DNA of 64,000 nt from an uncultured Rhabdochlamydiaceae bacterium. Lineage in GTDB: Bacteria > Chlamydiota > Chlamydiia > Chlamydiales > Rhabdochlamydiaceae. A program made the translations under genes and the position numbers. Each line of letters starts with the position of its first letter. Within the stretch, counting starts at the first letter, position 1. The notes beneath the pieces are model-generated. The model did not search any database and had not been told where the DNA came from. It saw nothing but the letters and a program-made list of their open reading frames with translations. Positions 39,178-48,692 of this stretch are shown here, in pieces. The stretch lies in assembly GCA_963712275.1 (NCBI GenBank), contig CAVQHD010000001.1, positions 1,760,001-1,824,000 on the forward strand, written 5' to 3'.

Positions 39178-39849
39178 GTGGAAAGTGAGCGCATCGTTTG
39201 CTTTGTTGATGGGTTTAACATGTACCACGCCCTGAAGCAACTGCAGCAGCCTCGCTTAAAATGGCTTGATCTGCAGTTACTGTTCAGTCGATTGACTCGC
39301 TCAAAATCGCAAGTGATCACTCAAATTTTGTTCTTCTCTGCATACCCTACTTGGAAACCGGACTCCTACTATAGGCATCGCCTTTACATCAAGGCACTGT
39401 CGGCAAGCGGAGTCACGCCGGTTTTAGGAAAATTTAAAAATAAGCCAAAAATATGTCTCAATTGTAAGGCAAAGTGGACAAGTCACGAGGAGAAAGAGAC
39501 CGATGTCAATTTGGCTTTAGCGATGCTCGACTTAGCGTATAAAGATCGTTATGATCATGCATTTCTCCTGTCAAGAGACTCTGATCTTGCTCCGGCTGTG
39601 AGCAAGGCCAAACAAAATTTCCCCAATAAGAAAATCACCGTCTTTTCGCCCTACAACTACCGACATAGCTCAGAGCTGGTTCAAGCTTGTGATGGGCATA
39701 AAACCATTAACTTTCATCATATCTCTACTTCGCTATTTCCTGAGAAAATCTATGACGCTGGAGGAAATCTCGTGGCTGTTCGGCCTCCCGAATATGCCCC
39801 AGCTCAGCAGTTGATCAAAAAAATTGAGCCAGAGCTAGCGATAGAATGA
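39178..39849 (+). CDS. NYN-domain (LabA/DUF88, PIN-like) putative ribonuclease
   Basis: FVDGFNMYH, CLNC, EEKETDVNLA, SRDSDLAP; GGAG RBS 7 nt before the GTG at 39178. Confidence 0.9.
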   Translation: MESERIVCFVDGFNMYHALKQLQQPRLKWLDLQLLFSRLTRSKSQVITQILFFSAYPTWKPDSYYRHRLYIKALSASGVTPVLGKFKNKPKICLNCKAKWTSHEEKETDVNLALAMLDLAYKDRYDHAFLLSRDSDLAPAVSKAKQNFPNKKITVFSPYNYRHSSELVQACDGHKTINFHHISTSLFPEKIYDAGGNLVAVRPPEYAPAQQLIKKIEPELAIE

Positions 39850-39850
39850 A

Positions 39851-39868
39851 GAGCCAGTTGCAAAACTC
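39851..39868 (+). mobile_element. Solitary end of the palindromic element family
   Basis: GAGCCAGTTGCAAAACTC; first 15 nt identical to the end of the element at 749. Confidence 0.6.
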
Positions 39869-39905
39869 ACTATCCCCTTTTTAGTCAGTAGGCGATGAGC
39901 GGCCT

Positions 39906-42029
39906 TTAAAAGTTGAAGTCCAGCTTTAGGTGAACGTTATTATCTCGAAACGTTTTCCCAAATTCCCCGATATAGTTTAGAGAAACTTGGACAAGTTCGT
40001 TGAAAAACATCCCCTTTAACCCTGCCCTTGGAGAAATCAAGCTGTGATTGGGCTTTAGACCAGAGACCTCAAAATTACAGGTGCCCTCTTTAAAGAATCC
40101 AACTTGGTAGTGCTCTCCCCCCCAACGAACTTCTCGAATCCAACTTAGCCCAAGAGTTGGAATCCACGCCTTATTCCCCCGGCAAAAATAATGGGATAGG
40201 TCGAGCCCAATTTCCCCTCTGAGCAGATTGTAATTTTGCGAGCCCACTTTCAGGTCAAGGCTTCCAGCTCCCTCTTCTTCATAGCCTGTTTCATGAAGAT
40301 AGGTATAGTATCCAGCAATAAAAGGCCGAACCTGGAACTTTTTAATATCCCACGTCACTCCCGTATCGACATGAGCCGTCAACCCCCCTCCAAAATTATC
40401 GTGTCTTGCCTCGCGATCAATCGAACCAAACTCCATATCTCGCTTAGCATCGTACCAGTTAGCTGTTCCAAGCACCGATCCATTGACGAAAAACCAAGGG
40501 TGAACGTAGGAGTTGTAAAAACCGACGTAAAGACTATTGATATCTCCTTTCCCTACCGATTCGCTCCATTGAACGCTTGAGTAGCTATAGCCCGCTGTAA
40601 GCCCTACGTACAAACGATCAAAAAATTTGTAGTCAAATCCCGTCATGACCGCTGCCGATTTCGTATGAAATCCGTGTTCATCTTCTATCCGGCGCTGATG
40701 GGCAAAATCACCTAAAACATCAAACCAGAGGTTCATAGGGCTTGACTTCTGAGTGCATGTGCTTTCTTCAGCCGCAGGGGCGCCTTCTTCGGTCGTAGAA
40801 ACTTTAGGCATAGAGACGCATGTTGGAGGGCAGAGATTGCGTGCATATTGATTAATCGATTGTGTGATACGAATATTGTTATTCTCTTGAGATAAGACCA
40901 TTCCCTTAAAGAGAGAGGGCTGCAATGAAAAGATCGCCTGATTAATCTCTTCGAGAGAGGGCAGACTTTGAAGCTGTTCGATAACATTCATTAGATCGCC
41001 CCCACCTGTCAAGTTATCAAGACAATGAGCAACCTGTTTGGCATTTTCGGAGGTGACAAGCTGCGAAAACAGTTTGAGGGTAACAATCAGATCGACTTCG
41101 GTTGGAAAATCCCCGGGAGGATTATAGGCCAATTGAACGCTAAAGGCAGGGTTTGTTGAAATGACTCGATCATAGGTTCCTACAAGCCCTTCCTCTGCTA
41201 ATAAAATCACATATGTGCTTTGAGAAGGGTAGACACCTGGCAGCGGGGTCACCACAACCTGAGAACCGGGTTGAAATCGGGCCACTCCGAAATCAACCCT
41301 TAATAAATCTGAGCTAATAGGATCGAATTCAATTGCCAGCGTAGAACCTGCCTCCTGCAAATAATTACCGCTTATGGTTAAGGTCCCAATCGAATTTTCA
41401 GGATTTCCAGGAGCTACCGTCCCAAAATTTACCAGGGAAGAAACTCCAACTGTTCCTGTTCCTGCTAGAGTTCCTGCTGAATCAACCACAAAGGTGCTAA
41501 TCGGACCGACGCTACCATTAACAAATAATGTTCCTTCTTGAACTTCTACAGAACTTAAATTCGAAGAGCCGGTCATGTTGAGAGCTCCGGCTCCCGACTT
41601 TACTAAGCTTCCTCCTGAAATCGCTCCTGATAGTGTCACTACGCAAGCGGGATTTTCAATGAAAGCATTGAACTCTGCTGGATTCGAAATTGTGATATCA
41701 TTTGCAACCGTATGAGAGCCTATAACCCCTGAGGCCGTGGTCAAGTTTCCACTTCCGCCCCAAGTTAAAGGAAGCCCCCCAATGGAATACGAAACTTCTC
41801 CACCCCCTGTCAAGTTCAATCCATCAACTAGAAAAAGATTTGAGATTGTGTTGTTGCTTGTATATCCGCTAGCCCCTTGTGGAAAAAAAAGGATCGCCCC
41901 GCTTGGTGGAACTGAAAGCTCATCCCAATTGTCTGCATCGGACCAGCTTGTCGATACACTTCCATTCCATGTCTCTGCAAATAAAGAGACTGTGAGTAAA
42001 GATGCTAGATAGATTTTCTTGATTCCCAT
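39906..42029 (-). CDS. Autotransporter (type V) with Gly/Ser/Thr-rich passenger
   Basis: Signal peptide, LVKSGAGALNM repeat, GTVAPGN..IGTLTI, beta-barrel ending LDFNF. Confidence 0.9.
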   Translation of the reverse strand: MGIKKIYLASLLTVSLFAETWNGSVSTSWSDADNWDELSVPPSGAILFFPQGASGYTSNNTISNLFLVDGLNLTGGGEVSYSIGGLPLTWGGSGNLTTASGVIGSHTVANDITISNPAEFNAFIENPACVVTLSGAISGGSLVKSGAGALNMTGSSNLSSVEVQEGTLFVNGSVGPISTFVVDSAGTLAGTGTVGVSSLVNFGTVAPGNPENSIGTLTISGNYLQEAGSTLAIEFDPISSDLLRVDFGVARFQPGSQVVVTPLPGVYPSQSTYVILLAEEGLVGTYDRVISTNPAFSVQLAYNPPGDFPTEVDLIVTLKLFSQLVTSENAKQVAHCLDNLTGGGDLMNVIEQLQSLPSLEEINQAIFSLQPSLFKGMVLSQENNNIRITQSINQYARNLCPPTCVSMPKVSTTEEGAPAAEESTCTQKSSPMNLWFDVLGDFAHQRRIEDEHGFHTKSAAVMTGFDYKFFDRLYVGLTAGYSYSSVQWSESVGKGDINSLYVGFYNSYVHPWFFVNGSVLGTANWYDAKRDMEFGSIDREARHDNFGGGLTAHVDTGVTWDIKKFQVRPFIAGYYTYLHETGYEEEGAGSLDLKVGSQNYNLLRGEIGLDLSHYFCRGNKAWIPTLGLSWIREVRWGGEHYQVGFFKEGTCNFEVSGLKPNHSLISPRAGLKGMFFNELVQVSLNYIGEFGKTFRDNNVHLKLDFNF

Positions 42030-42039
42030 AAGCTCCTAA

Positions 42040-44637
42040 CTAGAAGTTGAAGTCCAGCTTTAGGTGAACGTTATTATCTCGGAACGTTTTCCCAAATTCC
42101 CCGATATAGTTTAGAGAAACTTGGACAAGTTCGTTGAAAAACATCCCCTTTAACCCTGCCCTTGGAGAAATCAAGCTGTGATTGGGCTTTAGACCAGAGA
42201 CCTCAAAATTACAGGTGCCCTCTTTAAAGAATCCAGCTTGGTAGTGCTCTCCCCCCCAACGAACTTCTCGAATCCAACTCAGCCCAAGAGTTGGAATCCA
42301 CGCCTTATTCCCCCGGCAAAAATAATGGGATACATCGAGACCAATTTCTCCTCTGAGCAGATTGTAATTTTGCGAGCCCACTTTTAGGTCAAGGCTTCCA
42401 GCTCCTTCTTCTTTATACCCTGTTTCATGAAGGTAGGTATAGTATCCAGCGACAAAAGGCCGAACCTGGAACTTTTTAATATCCCACGTCACTCCCGTAT
42501 CGACATGAGCCGTCAAGCCGCCCCCAAAATTATCGTGTCTTGCCTCGCGATCAATCGAACCAAACTCCATATCTCGCTTAGCATCGTACCAGTTAGCTGT
42601 TCCAAGCACCGATCCATTGACGAAAAACCAAGGGTGAACGTAGGAGTTGTAAAAACCGACGTAAAGACTATTGATATCTCCTTTCCCTACCGATTCGCTC
42701 CATTGAACACTTGAGTAGCTATAGCCCGTCGTAAGCCCTACGTACAAACGATCAAAAAATTTGTAGTCAAATCCCGTCATGACCGCTGCTGATTTCGTAT
42801 GAAATCCGTGTTCATCTTCTATCCGGCGTTGATGGGCAAAATCGCCTAAAACATCAAACCAGAGGTTCATAGGACTTGACTTCTGAGTGCATGTGCTTTC
42901 TTTAGTCGTAGAAACTTTAGGCATAGAGACGCATGTTGGAGGGCAGAGATTGCGTACATATTGATTAATCGATTGTGTGATACGAATATTGTTATTCTCT
43001 TGAGATAAGACCATTCCTTTAAAGAGAGAGGGCTGTAATGAAAAGACAGCCTCATTAATTTCTTCGAGAGTAGAGAGGTTTTGAAGCTGTCCGATGACAT
43101 TTGCTAAGTCGGCCCCAGGTGTTAGGTTATCAAGACAATAAGCGACCTGTTTAGCATTTTTGGAGGTGACAAGCTGTGAAAACGGTTCGAGGGTAACAAT
43201 CAGATTGACTGTGTCTGGAAGATTCGCTGGAGTATAGGTCAATTGAACTCCGAAAGCAGGCCGTGTTGAAATCACTTGATCATAGGTTCCCACAACCTGA
43301 TCTGCTGCTAAAATGACATAAGTGCTTTGAGAAGGGTAGACACCCGGCAGCGGAGTCACCACAACTTGAGAACCTGGCTGAATGAATGCCTCTCCCCCAA
43401 TATTTAATAAATCTGAGCTAATAGGATCGAATTCAATAGCAAGTGTAGAGCCTGTCTGCTGATAATAATCATCACCCACAGTTAAGATCCCTATGGAATT
43501 TCCAGGAGCTACCGTCCCAAAATTCATCACGGGGGTCCCGAAAATTAGTCCTGTTCCTCCTAGAGTTCCTGCCGGATCAATCACAAAGCTAGTCAAATCC
43601 TCGATGCTACCATTGACAAATAATGTTCCTTCCTGAATTTCTACAGAAATTAAAGAGGAACTAGCGGTCATAGTAAGGCTTGCTGCTCCTTGTTTAATAA
43701 AAATAATACTACCACCCGCCACACCGTTATAAACCCCATCGCTGGATTGATTAAAAATGACTGTATTACCACCAGTAAGAGTAGTAGTACTAATACCTCC
43801 TGGAATGCTTAGAGAATTTCCAATGAGAGTCCCCCCCGCAGATAAGACTGTGCCTCCATTATAGGTGTTGACTCCTGTCAAGGTAAGGGTTCCCGTTCCC
43901 TGCATAGTTAAGATTCCTGTCCCTGAGATATTCCCAGCGAAAGTGCTATTATTACCTGTACCAAGCTGCAACGAGGCTTCTCCTAGTTGAATTTGACTCC
44001 CTTCCACCCCGTCTAAGTCTCCAATGGTCAGGGTTCCAAGCCCGATTCCGCTCAGGTCAAGTATTGCTGCTGCTCCGCTGAGATTCACCGCTCCTGTCGG
44101 CGGCAACGTACCTGCTCCACTCAGACCGAGAGTGCCGGCGATAATTGTCGTTCCACCCCCATAGTTATTCGATCCATTTGTCAAAACAAGGGTTCCAGCT
44201 CCTAATTTTATTAAGCCGCTATTTCCAGAAATCATACCCGATAACGTCATCGTGCAAGCGGCATTTTCAATGAAAGCATTAAACACTGCTGGACTCAAAA
44301 TCGTGATGTTATTTGCAACTGTCTGGGAGCCCGTCACCTCTGCATCCGTGACAAAGTCCCCGCCTTCAGCCCAAATTAACGGGTTCCCTATAATGGAATA
44401 GGAATTTCCCCCGCTGCGCGTGAAGTAGAAACTATTGACGTTAAAAGGGCCCAAGTCGTTGTTACTTGTATATCTGGTAGCTCCTTGAGGGAAAAAAAAC
44501 ACAGTCCCTGGTGTTGGAGATACATCCCAATTGAGTGGATCGGACCAGTTTTGCGAATTATTTCCATTCCACGTAGAATCTGCAAATAAGGAGACCATAA
44601 GTAAAGATGCTAGATAGATAAGGCTATTTTTTTTCAT
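42040..44637 (-). CDS. Autotransporter with passenger-associated beta-strand repeats
   Basis: LIKLGAGTLVLTNGSNNYGGGTTI and GTGTLTLTGVNTYNGGT repeats; barrel nearly identical to the adjacent paralogue. Confidence 0.92.
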   Translation of the reverse strand: MKKNSLIYLASLLMVSLFADSTWNGNNSQNWSDPLNWDVSPTPGTVFFFPQGATRYTSNNDLGPFNVNSFYFTRSGGNSYSIIGNPLIWAEGGDFVTDAEVTGSQTVANNITILSPAVFNAFIENAACTMTLSGMISGNSGLIKLGAGTLVLTNGSNNYGGGTTIIAGTLGLSGAGTLPPTGAVNLSGAAAILDLSGIGLGTLTIGDLDGVEGSQIQLGEASLQLGTGNNSTFAGNISGTGILTMQGTGTLTLTGVNTYNGGTVLSAGGTLIGNSLSIPGGISTTTLTGGNTVIFNQSSDGVYNGVAGGSIIFIKQGAASLTMTASSSLISVEIQEGTLFVNGSIEDLTSFVIDPAGTLGGTGLIFGTPVMNFGTVAPGNSIGILTVGDDYYQQTGSTLAIEFDPISSDLLNIGGEAFIQPGSQVVVTPLPGVYPSQSTYVILAADQVVGTYDQVISTRPAFGVQLTYTPANLPDTVNLIVTLEPFSQLVTSKNAKQVAYCLDNLTPGADLANVIGQLQNLSTLEEINEAVFSLQPSLFKGMVLSQENNNIRITQSINQYVRNLCPPTCVSMPKVSTTKESTCTQKSSPMNLWFDVLGDFAHQRRIEDEHGFHTKSAAVMTGFDYKFFDRLYVGLTTGYSYSSVQWSESVGKGDINSLYVGFYNSYVHPWFFVNGSVLGTANWYDAKRDMEFGSIDREARHDNFGGGLTAHVDTGVTWDIKKFQVRPFVAGYYTYLHETGYKEEGAGSLDLKVGSQNYNLLRGEIGLDVSHYFCRGNKAWIPTLGLSWIREVRWGGEHYQAGFFKEGTCNFEVSGLKPNHSLISPRAGLKGMFFNELVQVSLNYIGEFGKTFRDNNVHLKLDFNF

Positions 44638-44670
44638 GCAGTAACAGCTCCTTGAAAAAATAAATTTAAT

Positions 44671-44688
44671 GAGGTAGTTGCAAAACTC
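44671..44688 (+). mobile_element. Solitary or degenerate end of the palindromic element family
   Basis: GAGGTAGTTGCAAAACTC, compare GAGGTCGTTGCAAAACTC at 2504. Confidence 0.55.
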
Positions 44689-44740
44689 CCTCTCTAGTTT
44701 TTACTTAACAACCTTTCTATATTTTGTCTATTCTTAAGAT

Positions 44741-45238
44741 TTATACAAACGTGAGGAGGAACTTTTTTTGATACTTGAGCGTGCGATAGAGAATCTCTCC
44801 AAGCTCTACTTCTATCTCCTGTAGCTGCTGACTTAGTTGCTCAGGTGGAAAAGAAGGGATGTCAGAAATAAGTTCAAGAGAGCCTCCAGGGTGAACAATG
44901 GCCTCCGCTTTCAGTTCCTGTCCTGGAAAACGGCTTTGGAAATAGGTCCTTACAAGAGCAGCGACGACCGCTTTTTCAATGGTAACAGGAGGGTTCATCG
45001 AAATTTGTAGGACCTCTTGCCGCTGAAGAAAATAAAAACCAATGCCGAGAACGATTCCAACGACAAGTAAAATTCCACCTAAAGAAAAAAAGAACCTATC
45101 ATTCCAAAGAAATAGATTTGAAAGAGTGACTTTTAACGAGGATGCATAAGGTAAAACAATGCAAAAAATGCCCCCAATGATCAATAAAAGAACCAGAAAA
45201 AACTGAACGACTGAAAAAAGATGATGGGGCCACCGCAT
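44741..45238 (-). CDS. Membrane protein, possible AmaP-like anchor
   Basis: Two N-terminal TM segments; directly downstream of the Asp23 gene. Confidence 0.6.
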   Translation of the reverse strand: MRWPHHLFSVVQFFLVLLLIIGGIFCIVLPYASSLKVTLSNLFLWNDRFFFSLGGILLVVGIVLGIGFYFLQRQEVLQISMNPPVTIEKAVVAALVRTYFQSRFPGQELKAEAIVHPGGSLELISDIPSFPPEQLSQQLQEIEVELGEILYRTLKYQKKFLLTFV

Positions 45239-45252
45239 TCTTAAAAATCAGG

Positions 45253-45696
45253 TTAAAATTGTTCTGAATATTCAGAGGCCTCTGGCTGGGCTGTTTCCTC
45301 TGCAGGCGCCTCTGTTTTTGTAATCAAGTTTTTAAAGACAATATGTACTAAGCTCACCACAAGCCCCGTCAAATGACTCAGAGTTTCTGCAACCCGAAGT
45401 TGGATTTCCTCTGCTTTTTGGGGAATGACAACCCCGTATGCTACATTCACTTCGAGCTTGACTTGGATAGAATATGTTTTAGGATCTTGTTCAACAGAAA
45501 TCCCCGTAATTCTTTCTGCAGGCTCTCTTCCTAAGAGATAATCGATTAAATTCCCTTCCACAAGAGCAATCCCCTCAATACTTAAAAGACACTGCACGAC
45601 AATAGCTTGAAAAACCTTGTTGTCAATATCTCGAACAAAGAGGGTTTCAGGAAGCTCGACCTCTTTTGTATCAATTTGTTTCAAGGGATTATGCAT
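45253..45696 (-). CDS. Asp23/Gls24 family envelope stress protein
   Basis: VNVAYGVVIPQKAEEIQ...LTGLVVSLVHIVF. Confidence 0.85.
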   Translation of the reverse strand: MHNPLKQIDTKEVELPETLFVRDIDNKVFQAIVVQCLLSIEGIALVEGNLIDYLLGREPAERITGISVEQDPKTYSIQVKLEVNVAYGVVIPQKAEEIQLRVAETLSHLTGLVVSLVHIVFKNLITKTEAPAEETAQPEASEYSEQF

Positions 45697-45799
45697 AAAA
45701 TCTCTCCTTCTAAAGCAACTATACCAAATCGGAGTGATTTAAAGTATAAGAAGGTGAGGCTTCTTAAGGCACACCCCACCCTTCCTTCTGCCGTCTGAT

Positions 45800-46423
45800 T
45801 TAGACCTTCATTTCCTTCAAAGTCAATTCTAACAGTGCAATCTTGTCTTGCGCCGCTTTGATTTCTTTTTGATAGCCTTGAATCCTCTCAAGACGCTCAG
45901 AAGAATGTGAAGAATTGGCTAAAGAAGATTGTTGATTTAGACTCTGAAGAAGACGTATTTTTTCCTCGTTTTCCTGCTGTCGATGCTCACCCTCAATAGC
46001 TTGTTTAAACACTTCCATTTGTTGACGATAGGCCTTGATCATTTGATGAACCTGCTCAGGCGTAATAGAAGCCTCTTTCACCTCGTGATGACTGTTATCT
46101 TCTACGATAACCTCTTCTTTGATCTGCTCGTTTTCTACTGGCGGGTTTAAACTTTTTGCAGCAACTTCACTGACCACCTCTGCTGGAGTTTCAAGATTTG
46201 GAGATTTGCTTCCTTCCCCTTTAATGACAATAACCCCTATCAGCGGTTGTGGTTGCGGAACCGCTTGGTGTACAAGTGTGAAGAAGGAAACAGCAGATCG
46301 CCCAATTGCCTCCATCAACTCTTTTTCAGTGACCTCAATCTGAAACCTCTCGCTAGAAACGGCGGATGGAACACGACCGACATCCCAATCTCGTTCTTCA
46401 TAGACACCTTCAATATTAGACAT
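45800..46423 (-). CDS. Hypothetical protein with C-terminal coiled coil
   Basis: 207-aa ORF; GAGGTG RBS. Confidence 0.6.
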   Translation of the reverse strand: MSNIEGVYEERDWDVGRVPSAVSSERFQIEVTEKELMEAIGRSAVSFFTLVHQAVPQPQPLIGVIVIKGEGSKSPNLETPAEVVSEVAAKSLNPPVENEQIKEEVIVEDNSHHEVKEASITPEQVHQMIKAYRQQMEVFKQAIEGEHRQQENEEKIRLLQSLNQQSSLANSSHSSERLERIQGYQKEIKAAQDKIALLELTLKEMKV

Positions 46424-46552
46424 ATCTCACCTCTTGTTTAAGACTTTTTAGAGTCTTACTTATACAAAGGTGAGTATTTTTTTGAGAAGACAAAAAATGA
46501 GACACGATAGAGATTCGGTGGTGAAAATTTTATTGTGATAGGTTCAAATTGA

Positions 46553-46586
46553 AGTTTTGTAATTGGCTCTAAGAAGCTGTCTTAAA
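46553..46586. mobile_element. Back-to-back remnants of two palindromic element ends separated by TAA
   Basis: AGTTTTGTAATTGGCTC-TAA-GAAGCTGTCTTAAA. Confidence 0.6.
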
Positions 46587-46587
46587 G

Positions 46588-47337
46588 TTATTTTAGATTC
46601 GGGGCAAGGCACTCAACAAACTTCTCAAATGGCTTTGATAGGGTGTCAGAGCATACTATGGCAAACCCCATTGCGGCAATAGCAAGATGAGTCGTACACC
46701 CATGCATATTTCTTACGCGCGCTGCCTTTACAGCATTCCATAAGCCCGGGAAAAATAGATATAAGGCTATTCCACCAATACTTGGCTCTTGCCAGAGTGC
46801 CAGCATTGAGGAAGCAGCCGTTGGAACGTCAACCCCAAATCGAGGGCCCTGTCTAATAGCTCCGAAATAAGCCCCTAGTCCTAAGAAAGGCACAACCTCA
46901 CCTAAAAAACCTCTTCTCCCCACTGTGCACTTAATAAGTTTGTCAACTGGCCGAGATAAAGCTTGTGTTGTCATAGAGTAACCCATAACAGAAAGGGCAA
47001 GATTTTTCATACAGCCCTGAATATTTTTTGCACGTCCTGCATTTAGAGCATTGTTCATTCCTGAAAAAAGGAGATGCGTAGCTACTGCATAAGTTTTTGA
47101 TCGGCCTGCGAATGCCATTATCAAGCAACCGGCTGTTGGAAGGTCAACCCCAAATCGAGGTCCATATTTGATAGCCGCAACATAAGCTGCTACACCCGTT
47201 GCGACTCTAATTAACTCTCTTTTAGCTTCTACATAAGATTTGCGATCAACCTCACTCATGTTAGTCTTTGAAAAATTGTCATAAATATTTTTTAAATTTG
47301 TCAATGGCGTAGGTAAGTAAGGCAAAAAACTTGTCAT
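46588..47337 (-). CDS. Hypothetical membrane protein with internal duplication (paralogue 1)
   Basis: GPRFGVD.PTA occurs twice; close paralogue adjacent. Confidence 0.75.
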   Translation of the reverse strand: MTSFLPYLPTPLTNLKNIYDNFSKTNMSEVDRKSYVEAKRELIRVATGVAAYVAAIKYGPRFGVDLPTAGCLIMAFAGRSKTYAVATHLLFSGMNNALNAGRAKNIQGCMKNLALSVMGYSMTTQALSRPVDKLIKCTVGRRGFLGEVVPFLGLGAYFGAIRQGPRFGVDVPTAASSMLALWQEPSIGGIALYLFFPGLWNAVKAARVRNMHGCTTHLAIAAMGFAIVCSDTLSKPFEKFVECLAPNLK

Positions 47338-47494
47338 ATATCTCCTCTAATCGTGGAAGCATTATAGGTGTGGGTCTACCGAGAAGCAGTCATTCTCGTT
47401 TTCTGAGTAATGATCCCACATATATTTTAAACTAACCAAAGGCCTCGGTAAAAAATCTGATGTTTCCATAAATTCTCCTGATTTCTACCAAAAG

Positions 47495-48259
47495 CTATTT
47501 GAGTGGGGGTTTTAGATTCGGGGCAAGGTACTCAACAAACTTCTCAAATGGCTTTGATAGGGTTTCAGAGTGTACCATGAAACACCCCATTGCGGCAGTA
47601 GCAAGATGAGTCGTACACCCATGCATATTTCTCACGCGCGCTGCATTTACAGCGTTCCATAAGCCTGAGACAACTAGATGGAAGACTAGTCCAACCTCGC
47701 TTGATTCTGACCAGAGAGCCAGCATTGAGGAGGAGGCTGTTGCAAGATCGATCCCAAATCGAGGGCCCTGTCTAACAGCTCCGAAATAAGCCCCTAGTCC
47801 TATGAAATTCACAGCCTCACCTAAAGAACTTTCTGCCCCCACTGTGTAGTTAATAAGTTTGTCAACTGGCCGAGATAAAGCTTGTGTTGTCATAGAGTAA
47901 CCCATAGCAGAAATGGCAAGATTTACCACACAGCTCTGAATGTTTTTTGCACGTCCTGCATTTAGAGCATTGTTCATTCCTGAAAAAAGAAGGTGCGTAG
48001 CTATTCCATAAATACTCGATTGCCTCGCAAATGTTATCATCAAGCAACCGGCTGTGGGAAGGTCAACCCCAAATCGAGGTCCATATTTGACAGCCGCAAC
48101 GTAAGCCGCTACACCCGTTGCGACTCTAATTAACTCTCTTTTAACAGTTTCTGCATAAAATCTGCGATCACCCCAAGTCATGTTGGGGTCTGAAAAATTC
48201 TTATAAACATATTTTAAATTTACCAATGGCTTAGGTAAATAAGGCAAAAAACTTGTCAT
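47495..48259 (-). CDS. Hypothetical membrane protein with internal duplication (paralogue 2)
   Basis: Aligns end to end with the 46588-47337 product. Confidence 0.75.
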   Translation of the reverse strand: MTSFLPYLPKPLVNLKYVYKNFSDPNMTWGDRRFYAETVKRELIRVATGVAAYVAAVKYGPRFGVDLPTAGCLMITFARQSSIYGIATHLLFSGMNNALNAGRAKNIQSCVVNLAISAMGYSMTTQALSRPVDKLINYTVGAESSLGEAVNFIGLGAYFGAVRQGPRFGIDLATASSSMLALWSESSEVGLVFHLVVSGLWNAVNAARVRNMHGCTTHLATAAMGCFMVHSETLSKPFEKFVEYLAPNLKPPLK

Positions 48260-48398
48260 AAATCCCCTCTAATGTGAAGACATTATATCAAATTCCCCCC
48301 TAAAATTCAATCTGATTTATTGTTAAAATTAAATAAATTATTTAACTTTTTCCTGGTTTGACGGAAAGGGAGAGATTCGATTACACTTTTTTTCCTTA

Positions 48399-48568
48399 GA
48401 AGCTGTCTTAAAACTCAGTTTCTGTCGATTTTTGGAGGATTTTTGGCCAATTTTCGCTTTATTTGGTGGGGGTAATATACGAAAGTTGATATTACCCCCA
48501 CCAAATAAAGCGAAAATTGGCCAAAAATCCTCCAAAAATCGACAGAAACTGAGTTTTAAGACAGCTTC
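48399..48568. mobile_element. Perfect palindromic MITE-like element (GAAGCTGTCTTAAAACTC ends)
   Basis: 81-bp perfect arms 48398-48478/48489-48569; loop ACGAAAGTTG; flanking TTA/TTA. Confidence 0.92.
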
Positions 48569-48593
48569 TTACACGATTTCCCAAGAGGGTCAT

Positions 48594-48671
48594 GGCGATC
48601 GTAGCTCAGTTGGTTAGAGCACTGGATTGTGGATCCAGTTGTCGCGGGTTCGAGACCCGTCGATCGCCCCA
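48594..48671 (+). tRNA. tRNA-His (GTG)
   Basis: G-1 plus GCGATCG/CGATCGC acceptor stem, C discriminator, CCA end; anticodon arm CTGGA-TTGTGGA-TCCAG; GTTCGAG T-loop. Confidence 0.97.
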
Positions 48672-48692
48672 TTTATTTCAAGGACATCCCCT

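Noticed and set aside
48338..48617. Near-identical ORFs on both strands (MEDFWPIFALFGGGNI...), also at 10871-11080
   Set aside because: By-products of perfect palindromes; no RBS or independent coding evidence.
48627..48692. Extended N-termini in the ORF track (uppP 48627, NYN 39154, 20403, serS 58357, zntA 61582)
   Set aside because: They overlap a tRNA, hairpin, promoter or upstream gene, or precede the conserved N-terminus; downstream starts fit better.
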